From Eledone cirrhosa (Eukaryota), in NCBI GenBank assembly GCA_964016885.1, contig OZ024740.1, positions 205,344,001-205,408,000 of the forward strand: DNA of 64,000 nucleotides, written 5' to 3'. The translations under genes were made by a program, and so were the position numbers. Of the stretch, positions 46,701-56,954 are shown piece after piece. The notes beneath the pieces were generated by a model that was not told the DNA's origin, ran no database searches, and worked only from the letters and a program-made list of their open reading frames with translations. Within the stretch, counting starts at the first letter, position 1. Every line of letters begins with the position of its first letter.

Positions 46701-47050
46701 GACCAGCGCGTGGGCCCCCATTAGCTCATAATAGTGAGAGATGGGGAGAGCGAGAGAGATGGAGGCAGTGACAGTGGAGTTTGGTTCTTTTGTGTTCGGA
46801 CCTGGTGTATGTTTTACGGACACACACTCATGCATCTAGAATGAGATGAAGACGAGGGCAAGTTGAACCGCCCCAGTAGCTTATAACAGGATCTAACATA
46901 CGTCCCCGGCTCGGCTTCTGATGCTAAAAAATGGGAATAAATTACATGTTTGGGTATAATGCGACTCCGGCTTACAGTCACGTCTATGTTAATTATCGCT
47001 TTATAATTGAAGCGGGCAAAGTATAATTTTTAAAATAGGCCGCAGATGTA

Positions 47051-47244
47051 ATAATAATTGTTTCTACTTTTGGCACAAGGCCAGCAATTATCCCAGTGGA
47101 TTACTGGTACTTTATTTTATCGACCCCGTAAGGATGAAAGGCAAAGTTAACCTGGGCGGGATTTGAACTCAGAACGTAAAGGGACGTAACCCCATGCTGA
47201 AAAGCATGGCCTATGACCCTCTACCGATACTGCCAATCCACCGC
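47051..47244 (-). mobile_element. Full-length tRNA-derived SINE (OK-like)
   Basis: Reverse complement of the copy at 47295. A and B boxes present, (ATT)n-like tail. Confidence 0.85.
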
Positions 47245-47294
47245 AACAATATTAACAGAACTTATGTTGTCTCTTCATTAACTTATTTTATCAG

Positions 47295-47482
47295 GGGTGG
47301 ATTGGCAGTATCGGTAGAGGGACGGACGCCATGCTTTGACGCATAGTGACGTCCCTTTACGATCTGAGTTCAAATCCCGCCGAGGTTGACTTTGCCTTTC
47401 ATCCTTACGGGGTCGATAAAATAAAGTACCAGTAATGCACTGGGTAATTGCTGGCCTTGTGCCTAAAGTAGAAACAATTAAT
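47295..47482 (+). mobile_element. Full-length tRNA-derived SINE (OK-like) with TSD
   Basis: A and B boxes present. TSD TTATTTTATCAG at 47283-47294 and 47483-47494. Confidence 0.88.
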
Positions 47483-47610
47483 TTATTTTATCAGTTTCCT
47501 ATCTTTGAGATAAACGACGTTCAATTAATCTGATTATCAAATACGTATTTGTAAAAATTATCAATACGTATTTGTAAATTTGCCGTTTGAAATTAGTATT
47601 TTTAGCTCTG

Positions 47611-47658
<48 letters not shown>

Positions 47659-47693
47659 ATGTGTGTGTGTGTGTGTTGACAAAACTACAATAC

Positions 47694-48787
47694 CACATGG
47701 TGTTTCATACATACTTATATATATATATATAGCCATTACTTAGTTTTAGCTAAGAAGACCAAGGTTATAGCGAAGCAAGGTCTTTAGGTAATATTTTTGA
47801 TGCCCATATTGAACAAGGAAGTGAAAATCATAGGCGTTTCTATAAGTAAGGTTAAACAGATGAAAACACGCTGATTAGTTACACAAGATTAAGAAATTAG
47901 ATTTACTTCCATCTATCACTAATGTATATATGTATTCTATTGAATAAATACATACGTAATTAAACTCTACCATTTATGAAAAATGTACAAAATATAATAA
48001 CTTGAGTTTCTGAAATTGCGAAACTTCTAAGTTAACTGAAGGGTTGTTTTGTTTCCGTACTTATAAAATGAAATTATTTTTACTTATATTTAAAGCGTTA
48101 AATATACTTTGTTTGCAAGGATGAACATTTCATTACAAATGCAGACATATTCATAGATTTAAAAAATGTTTGTGAGGTAAAACAAATCCAATTTAAATTT
48201 GTAATATAATTTTCATCCTTGCAAACAGTGCCGGATTTAGGACAAATGAGGCACTGTGTTAGTTAAGTTATGAGGCCCCGTACTTGGGCCCTGAAGAAGG
48301 TAAACATTTTTGGGGGTAAGGAAGATGGTCCCCAACTCCCTGGTCCATGGGGTCCTGTGCTTAAACACACCTAAGCATTCCGCAAAATTTCATTTTTACG
48401 AAAACGTAACCAAACCTTTAGTTAACTTAGAAGTATTTAGAAGTATCTTGAAACAAAACCCATTTGTTTCGTCAATTTAAGAAACTCAAGTTATTATATT
48501 TTGTACATTTTTCATAAATGGTAGAGTTTAATTACGTATGTATTTATTCAATAGAATACATATATACATTAGTGATAGATGGAAGTAAATCTAATTTCTT
48601 AATCTTGTGTAACTAATCAGCGTGTTTTCATCTGTTTAACCTTACTTATAGAAACGCCTATGATTTTCACTGCCTTGTTCAATATGGGCATCAAAAATAT
48701 TACCTAAAGATCTTGCTTCGCTATAACCTTGGTCTTAGCTAAAACTAAGTAATGGCTATATATATAAGTATTGTGAAACACCTTGTG
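47694..48787. repeat. Long inverted repeat (about 310-bp high-identity arms plus degenerate inner extensions); foldback/MITE-like
   Basis: 47694-about 48010 is the near-exact reverse complement of about 48480-48787. Weaker similarity continues to about 48075/48386. Part of the arm recurs at about 50185-50260. Confidence 0.85.
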
Positions 48788-48805
48788 ATATATATATATA
48801 TATAC

Positions 48806-49127
48806 ATATTAAAGTACAAATATTAATAAAATAGATGTTCTTTTGATCAATTACATTTTATTATACATATTTCGGATGTACAACAGTACGCCCTCATCAG
48901 ACAAAATATAATGATACATGACATACCCTGAGATGTTAAATGGTTAATCAAGGTTTAATAAGATTTAACCATTTAACCATTTAAAATGTAATTGATCAAA
49001 AGAACATCTATTTTATTAATATTTGTACTTTAATATTAATAACTCTGGAAAATAATTTTTTCGTAGAGTGCTTCCAATCTACTGTAAAACTCATTCTTTG
49101 ATATACTCATTGAATCTTGTTTAACTC

Positions 49128-49131
<4 letters not shown>
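48806..49131 (+). mobile_element. Non-coding Penelope-like element, family B copy 1 (inverted arm with hammerhead + truncated pLTR + about 95-bp tail) in (TA)n
   Basis: Perfect 55-bp arms at 48806-48860 and 48982-49036. (TA)n on both sides. Homologous to 49643-49965. Confidence 0.7.
48864..48900 (-). ncRNA. Hammerhead-like motif (family B copy 1)
   Basis: Minus strand reads CUGAUGA-GGGCGUAC-UGUU-GUACAUCC-GAAA-UAUG-UA. Core and helix II are good, proximal helix I is weak. Confidence 0.65.
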
Positions 49132-49164
<33 letters not shown>

Positions 49165-49642
49165 GGTGGTGAGTTTTATTGTAGCACAATAAAGCAATGC
49201 AAATATGTATTATCAAATATGTAATTATGTACTATCTTACAACGTTTTTTTTAAATTTTTCTATGTGAGACAGTGTTTCTCAGTATTAAAGGTTATCTCT
49301 CTCTCTCTCTCACTCATTTTCTCCTCCTCTCTCATCCTTCCTTCTTATACTCCTCCTCCGTCATCCTTTCCTTATTATTTTTTTTTTTCTTCCTCTTCCT
49401 TACCTTTTCTTCCCCTTTCCTTTCCTTTTTTCCAATCTCATATATCCCTCTTATTTTATTTTTCATATGTTCATTTGACACTTCACTGCTCGCAAGTGTT
49501 TTTTAAGCTTCTGATCATGTCTCCCTATTTTATCTAATGAGAACGCAAATATCATCCCATGATGATATTTGCTTTTGAAATGCGCATAATAAAATACATG
49601 GAACTCTTTTAACCATCTTTTGATTTTATATTATATATATAT

Positions 49643-49961
49643 ATATTAAAATACAAATATTAATAAAATAGATGTTCTTGTGATCAATTAAATTTTATTA
49701 TACATATTTCAGAGGTACAACAGTACGTCCTCATCAGATAAAATAAAATGATACATGACATGTATCATTTTATTTTATCTGATGAGGACGTACTGTTGTA
49801 CCTCTGAAATATGTATAATAAAATTTAATTGATCACAAGAACATCTATTTTATTAATATTTGTATTTTAATATTAATAACTCTGGAAAATATTTTTTTGT
49901 AGAGTGCTTCCAATCTACTGTAACTCATTATTTGATGTACTCATTGAATCTTGTTTAACTC

Positions 49962-49965
<4 letters not shown>
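49643..49965 (+). mobile_element. Non-coding Penelope-like element, family B copy 2: perfect 231-bp palindrome + about 92-bp tail in (TA)n
   Basis: Arms at 49643-49757 and 49759-49873 with a 1-nt centre (49758). Tail matches that of copy 1. (TA)n on both flanks. Confidence 0.75.
49779..49815 (+). ncRNA. Hammerhead-like motif (family B copy 2; mirror copy on - strand at 49701-49737)
   Basis: CUGAUGA-GGACGUAC-UGUU-GUACCUCU-GAAA-UAUG-UA followed by AATAAA. Confidence 0.6.
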
Positions 49966-49992
<27 letters not shown>

Positions 49993-50961
49993 GGTACGAA
50001 GGCCAAGGCAATACACACATACGCAAATACACACACACAAACACACACACACATATAATATTAACTAGTGAGTAGCTGAGTATTCCGCAGATAAAAATAA
50101 ACAACTAAGAACTCATCATTCAATACAATACACAGATAATGTAACAGGCGTATATATATTTTGATTTGTTAATCTAGTTTAACTACGTAATTAGTACATT
50201 TTCATCTGTTTAACCTTGCTGGTAGAAACGCCTAGGATTTTCACTTCCCTGTTCAATATGTGATAGTGAACTTTGCTTTTATAAAACCAGTCTAGAATGA
50301 GCAGTACACCTCCGTTGGTCCCAACAGTGGGTGTTCCAGTCATTCGATCAATAGAACAGCTTGTTCGTGAAATTAATGTACAAATAAATAGCTAAGCATT
50401 CCGCAAGTATGCGGTGTCTTAACGTAGTTCTCAGGGAGATTCAACATGACATACTGTCTGACAAACTGGCCCTTTGAATTACAAGCACAGCACATTTTTC
50501 TCAGTAGTCACACATTGAATCTCCCTGAGAACTACGTTAAGACTCCGCGTACTTGAGCAACGTGAGATGAAGTGCCTTGCTTACGGACGCAATGCATTGC
50601 TGAGAACCAAACTCACGACCGTACAACTGTGAGCTAATCAATATAACCACTAAGCCGCGTACTTTCACTAACCACTAAGTCAAATGTAAACTCAAGATTA
50701 GAATTAATATAAAATTTTCTTGGTCACGGTCATTGCAAAACGATAGTACTTACTGAACACAGCAGTCGAGTAGGTTAAGAATTAACTAATAAATTGTATG
50801 TTAATTGATGAGCTCATAATTTGATTTGACTGATGCCCTTGAAAATGATGTCATATTATTGGCTATTGAACATGAATGACGAAGACAATGTATTTCATAG
50901 GTTGTGTAACCAATGATTTGTAGTTTTAGCTGAATCATAATAATCCTCATCACCTCCACCT

Positions 50962-51602
50962 GGGTACATTTTATTATGGCACCAGCATTACCACTTCACA
51001 ATGTGTACTGGGTACATTTTATTGTGGCACCAACATCACTACTTTATAGTGTGTACCGGGTACATTTTATTGTGAAACCAGCATTAACACTTTACAGTGT
51101 GTACCGGGTACATTTTATTGTGACACCAGCATCACTACTTTACAGTGTGTACCGGGTACATTTTATTGTGACACCAGCATCACTACTTTACAGTGTGTAC
51201 CAGGTACATATTATTGTGACACCAGCATAACAGCTTCACAGTGTGAACTGGGTACATTTTATTGTGGCACCAGCTATACCACTTTACAATGTGTACTGGG
51301 CACATGTTATGTGGCACCAGCATCACTACTTCACAGTATGTACCGGGTACATTTTATTGTGGCACCAGCATTGCTACTTGACAGTGTGTACTGGATACAT
51401 TTTAATGTGACACCAACTTTATCACTTTACAATGTGTACCGGGTACATTTTATTGTGGCACCAGCATTGCTACTTGACAGTGTGTACTGGGTACATTTTA
51501 ATGTGACACCAACTTTATCACTTTACAATGTGTACCGGGTACATTTTATTATGGCACCAGCATTGCTACTTTACAATGTGTACCGGGTACATTTTATTGT
51601 GG
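50962..51602 (+). repeat. 48-bp minisatellite, about 13.4 copies (GGGTACATTTTATTGTGACACCAGCATCACTACTTTACAGTGTGTACC)
   Basis: GGGTAC-type anchors recur about every 48 bp from 50962 to 51585. A 96-bp dimer is duplicated at about 51346-51537. Confidence 0.95.
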
Positions 51603-52105
51603 TACTAGAACTAACACCTACCTATCCATCGGCCTGCTTATCTAGCTGCCTACCTATCTGCATACCTACCTGCCTACTTACGCAGGTGCAGTGGAAGCAT
51701 TTCTGAATTTGATGGGGTGGGGGTTGGGGGAAAATTTCGTCAGTGTAGTTGTAGTGATTAGTTTAGCTGTTATTATCAAATATCAACCAAGATTAAAAAA
51801 GAAAAACTTCGATATGCGATAAACATAACATGTACATAAATTGTAGCGCATATACAGATATATGTGTGTTTTGGTAGTTTGGGGAGAAATATAAATATTG
51901 GTGGTGGTGGTGGTGGTGGGGGTGGGGGGGACATCCCCTCCCCTCCAGTTCCACCTCCCATGTTACCTGTCTCATTTCTTCTTCGATGCAATGAAACTCT
52001 ACACATTTTGGGGATTTTATGCTATTCACGTTTGAAAATTCCTATTCACATAAATACACTGTGAAAATCTGCATCAAAACGAATAAAGATTTATTTTTTG
52101 CTCCA

Positions 52106-52193
52106 GAGTTACCTATCGATGAATGTTGGATTGCTATCAAACAATATTACTATATTGTTTGATAGCAATCCAACATTCATCAATAGGTAACTC
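52106..52193. repeat. Hairpin/palindrome, 42-bp arms, 4-nt loop, 1 mismatch
   Basis: GAGTTACCTATCGATGAATG...ACAATAT-TACT-ATATTGT...CATTCATCAATAGGTAACTC seen directly. Confidence 0.9.
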
Positions 52194-52885
52194 AACATGC
52201 TTCATTTTCTAGTCTATGATCACAGATAATTTTAGATTAATATAAGATCCAATTTCTATGAAAGTATATCAAACCTAATCATACTCTTCTGTGTTTAATG
52301 TCGGAAAATAAGTTATTTTTTACTTCTAGACAAATAGGTCAGGGATAAGATTGAGGCAAACTTTAAGCAAATGGTCACTACGTAGAGAGTTAAATGCATT
52401 CTCATATCGTGCTTGACGATACGATGCCTAGAATATATCGACCACGAGTTTCATTGGACCTAGCCCTCCCCTCTCCCTCCCACAAGTTCAGAGTCAGAGG
52501 CTACATACCTACGGGTGACTTTGGCAGCCTTCTAAATACATTGCCCACAATAATAGGGCGTATGCAACCATTTTTCTACCTCAGAGCAGTCAAGCTGGCT
52601 GAAAAGAAGAGGTGTCCAGGGTGCTGTGAATGAATATGTTACTGAGCATCATAGTTGCAGTTAGCATGAGGCACCCGTGGTCAGCAATGTGGGAGAACAC
52701 CAAGTCATTGAGGTAACCAAAGCTTCACTCTGTAGTTCCTGGTCTGGAAAGGATTGGCCTCATGATGAGCTCGTTCAAGATAGATGATCTACCCTAAAGT
52801 TCAAGCTTCATCAGCTCGAAACTCTCGTAAACAAACTGCGTCTGATTGTTGCGCATCCGACTCTCTTTCTGCCGAGGAACTGCTT

Positions 52886-53808
52886 CGTCATACCCTCCTA
52901 GCTCTGTTAGTCGTCAACCTCCCCTCCCACATCCACGACACCAATCAGACTCTTTAACTCCTCCTTCCCTCCTGGGCGCTCTCGCCTTCTCTTCACTCTG
53001 GACATCACCTCTCTCTATACCGTCATCCCTCATGATGACGGCCTCCGCGCTCTCCGACACTTTTTAGACTTACGCCCTACCCCTTACCACAGCACTACCA
53101 CTCTTCTCCGTCTGCCTGAGCTTGTTCTGACCCTCAATGGGTTTTCCTATTCCAGTGAATTCTATCAGCATGTCTCTGGGGTAGAGATGGGAACCAGAAT
53201 GGGGCCAAACTATGCCAACTTGTTTGTTGGCTACATCGAAGCCCAGATCTTCCCCCAGCACGCTGGACCTACTCCTGAGCTATACGGTCGGTATATCGAC
53301 GACTGTACCGGCACCACTTTTCTATCACGTGAACAGCTCGATTGCTTTCTATCTTTTGTTCAAACTTTCCATCCCGCTCTCACCTTCGCCACCTCTGTCC
53401 CTTTTCTTGATATCTCTCTCTCTCTACTTCCATCTTCTATAAACCAACAGACTCCCACTCTTACCTCGACTTCACCTCCTCCCATCCAACCCACACCAAA
53501 CTCTCCATACCTTACTCCAAATTCCTCCGTCTTTGTCGGTCTGCAGTCAGGACCACGATTTCGAAACCCATTCCCTTCACATGGCCTCCTGCTTCACCCA
53601 GCATGGATATCCCTCCACTCTGATCCAAGTTGCTCTTACCAGCGCCCGTGAAATCGACCATACCACAGCCCTCTCACCTCACCAGCGTCCTCTCAGCACC
53701 CGCCTTCTTTCCTCTCTCACCTACCACCGCATCACCCTACCTCCCAGGCGAAATATTCTCCATTCCTTCCGCACCCTCTCTTCTGACCCCGTTACTTCTA
53801 GTTTTTTT
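52886..53808 (+). mobile_element. Penelope-like retroelement (Neptune-type) reverse-transcriptase remnant
   Basis: Frameshifted peptides LPSHIHDT, LFTLDITSLYTVIPHDDGL, GVEMGTRMGPNYANLFVG, YGRYIDD, VPFLDI, YKPTDSHSYLDFTSSHP and HGYP are diagnostic PLE RT and thumb motifs. Confidence 0.9.
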
Positions 53809-54039
53809 AGCGCACTCATGGGGGTTCTCCGAGGAAGGAGAAAATATCCTGGGGGCCATCTGTTATCTATCAGTAAAATAACCAGCGGTCACTATAAATA
53901 GGCTGTCCTGTGGTCCTAACTCACTCAGTCCTCTGCTTTTTTTCTAGACAACACAGTCAGGATATATAACGGTGTACTACTACACCAGCACTGTCAACTG
54001 TAACTTGTCACTTTTCTTTTAAGGGAAACCTATGGTACT

Positions 54040-55245
54040 CATCTGCAATGTCAGTTTCGACAGCGCAGGCTGGCAACAGGCAACACTCCCAGCGAGGTTC
54101 GGTGGCCTCGACCTCCGATCAGCTTCGGGTCTCGCTTTACCTGCCTATCTATCTTCTATCTCCTCCTGTCATGCTCTCGTCAGCGAGGCTCTCAGCCAGA
54201 TGGCCGAACCTGACCTGGCCCCCGAGATGGAACAGGCTCTGGCCTACTGGACAGGCGAAGGCCTCTCTATCCCCCAGTATACCATAGTCCAACGTAACTG
54301 GGACGACATCAATTGCAGGTCCTCTGTCAGGCGGAGAGAGTCTGGCTTGGACCAACACCGCCTCGCCTGCTTCCGCTCCGCATCTCAGCCCAACAGCGGC
54401 ACGTGGCTCAATTCGGTGCCCCCCTTAACAACCAGTACCCTATTTGATGATGAGTGCACTAGCATCGGGGTAGCCCAACGCCTTGGCCGCCGCGTATGTG
54501 AGCCACACAAATGCCAATGCGGGGCGGTTCTTGACAAGTTCGGCCTGCACCCACCTGTCTTGCCGCCAGAGCGCAGGCCGGTTCCCCCGACAGGCCGCTC
54601 TCAACGACATATTGAGAAGAAGCCTGGACGCAGCTGACTTTCCATCACAACTGGAGCCAGCAGGTCTAAACCGCGGAGATAGCAAGCGCCCTGACGGAAT
54701 CACCCTCTTCCCATTCGAAGCAGGTAGATCCCTCATCTGGGACGCCACCTGTTGCGTCATGTTCTCTGCCTCCAACTTAATCGCTTCGACCACAAACCCC
54801 GGCATTGTGGCCCGCCTCGCAGAAGAACGTACAATAAACAAATAACGGGGTTTGTCCGACCGCTTCCTCTTCACACCGGTCGCCGTCGAAACCTCAGGCA
54901 TACTTGGACCCCGTACTGCAAGATCGGAGCATCTGAGGAGGGAGCCCCACGAGGTTGGGTGGCTGTTGCAGCGACTGGCGATTGTCTGGGGAAGTGCTTT
55001 TGCCGTCTTGTCAGCGGGGCGCAGTACTTCTATCCTCTTGGCACAAAGCCCAATAACCCTTCCCCTCACCTCTCTTATGCAACACCAGAGCTCTTGCCAT
55101 CCCTCCCCTTCCCGTTCTTCTTCTTTTTTCTTTCTTTCTTTCTTTTTTATATATTTCCCTATTCTTTTTCCTTTTGTTTCCCCTTTTTATTAATTCTTAC
55201 TAAATTTTATTTTTAAAATAAACATTTAATTAAAATAAAAAAAAA
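54040..55245 (+). mobile_element. CRE-like non-LTR retrotransposon 3' half (post-RT, zinc knuckle, RLE, pyrimidine-rich 3'UTR, A-tail)
   Basis: Peptides WQQATLPARFGGL, SGTWLNSVP, RLG...C.CG....GLH.LSC, KRPDGITLFPF..GRSLIWDAT and PVAVETSG. One frameshift near 54550 and a stop at 54843. AATAAA plus A-run at about 55217-55245. Confidence 0.85.
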
Positions 55246-55759
55246 TGATTCTTGCACAATACTGAAGCTTTGTTGAACACTATATTCATTTGTGAACACT
55301 ATAATCAAACATTATATTTACGATTCAAAGTAATCATATTTTTTCTTTTTGCTGAAGTGAAGTAAAGATATATATTCAACCAGCATACGTAGACACAGAA
55401 ACATATGTTAAAGCAAATAAATTCCTAATCTCCTTTCTCGCCGATGTTTATATTGTACTTGCTTATATATATATATATATATAATCAAGGTTTAGCAAAT
55501 AAGAAAAAGTTTTAAAATACATTTTTAAAAGTTCACTATACCTGCTATAATTACCCTTACCGCGCAGTTTCAAGTCTCAAAATAAATGGATAATCCATGC
55601 GGAAATTCATTGAGAAGAAGACTTTCGTCAGAGGGTTCTTCTCACTCGGAGAATATAAAATTCCCGAGTTCAAATCACGAACTGGCGCCATACATAACTG
55701 TTCCCGGATGAGAGTGTATGATGAAGAAACAATTTTGTCTAGTGCCGGATGTAAAGATA

Positions 55760-56141
55760 GAAGGCAGGGGCGGAAAGGTCAATGTACTGCCACTAGAACC
55801 GTGTCAGTCGTCACAAACAATCATGACCGGCATGGGCTGGTGTTCGGATTCTGTCGATCGATTGGTTATTGATTAGGCGATACCCGCATAAGCCGATTGT
55901 GCATTGTTGCATAATATATGCAGACGGATGCATTACTGATGCATTCGTGCGGCAGAAACTCGAGTCCGGGAACCATTATAGGCACCCGTTTTACGTGTGT
56001 TGTGTTGAAGCAAATAACTATGTGTATACTCTGGGAATGTATCTTACATTGCCCATGGAGTACGCTGAGATACAACCGGTACTGGCATTGATAAATATGC
56101 TGGGTCCGTCAACTCACATTGGAAATGTGTGAAATCCTTGG
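55760..56141 (+). pseudogene. Possible highly decayed Merlin/ISXO2-type transposase remnant
   Basis: Ordered motif echoes across frames (KIEGRGGKVNV, GLVFGFCR, DALL..., PGTII, THIGNV*NPW) resemble the Merlin consensus KIGGPG..VEIDE, WVFG..CR, TLL, PGT.I.SD, HTQNIE..W. Catalytic residues are not preserved. Inference by eye only. Confidence 0.35.
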
Positions 56142-56158
56142 TACAGGTAGGTATATTG

Positions 56159-56288
56159 AAAAAAAAGGAAAGGAATGACTTCACTTGTAGTTCTAAACAA
56201 TTTGATTTAATTTTATATTATGATTATAATATAAAATTAAATCAAATTGTTTAGAACTACAAGTGAAGTCATTCCTTTCCTTTTTTTT
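56159..56288. repeat. Perfect palindrome, 63-bp arms, 4-nt loop
   Basis: 56159-56221 is the exact reverse complement of 56226-56288. Confidence 0.95.
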
Positions 56289-56397
56289 TTTGAAGCTTGT
56301 CAACCTTCACGCATTATTCGGGAATTTCCAACATTTGCATTCTCATCACATAATCTTGCATTTTGACGAATTGTTCAGCATTTTAAGATGTGTTCCA

Positions 56398-56603
56398 CAT
56401 TTACGATGTCTATCTTCCACGCTAACATGGGTTAGACAGCTTTGTCCCATTTAGTCAAAGTCGGGTTGGGTGACCGTGTCTCGCTCATATAGGACTGCTT
56501 CTCTACGGCTAGATGCCTTTCCTACCACCAACCACATTCATAGTGTGTGCTGGGTGCTTTTTGCCATGTCTTTTACACGACCACTTTACAGTGTGGGCTG
56601 GAT
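56398..56603 (-). mobile_element. Diverged 3' tail of the RTE/SINE family (same tail as 57.75-58.0 kb)
   Basis: Shares TTCCACGCTA.CATGGGTTAGAC and GATGCC.TTCCTA.CACCAACC, plus GCTGGGTGCTTTT, with the reverse complement of 57760-57980. Confidence 0.7.
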
Positions 56604-56954
56604 ATTGAACAATATACATGATGTTTATGAAAAACATTTGGCAGTTTTCTTCTATGAACTTTAAGGTTGAGACCACATTCACACATCCTTGCCTCAGCAA
56701 AAACCAGGGGAAGTAACTGACAACGCGCTGTTTTTCGCTTGTTGGCAGTTGTCAAGGTTACATCTCCACCTAGGCCTAGTTTCCGCTGAGACAGAAATAA
56801 GCTAGAATCTTATAGATTTCTCACTTATGAAGCCCGGCTTATATATAGTCTGATTGACTGAATACACACAGGCTCTTTTTCAAACAATTTTTTTTTCCAT
56901 TCCTTTCTCCTCTCACTCTCTATCTTTCTATTTCATCTTTTATTTCTCATACTA

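Noticed and set aside
50805-50815. TGATGAG motifs here and at about 52763 as further hammerheads
   Set aside because: They lack the leading C, a helix II and a downstream GAAA.
50976-51706. ORFs with a 16-aa repeat (YSVYRVHFIVTPASLL)
   Set aside because: Produced by the 48-bp minisatellite and broken by a stop and a 1-bp deletion. No splice or homology support.
51895-51962. G-quadruplex-capable G-tract as a regulatory element
   Set aside because: Low-complexity (GGT)n/G-run inside a probable MITE end. Nothing links it to a gene.
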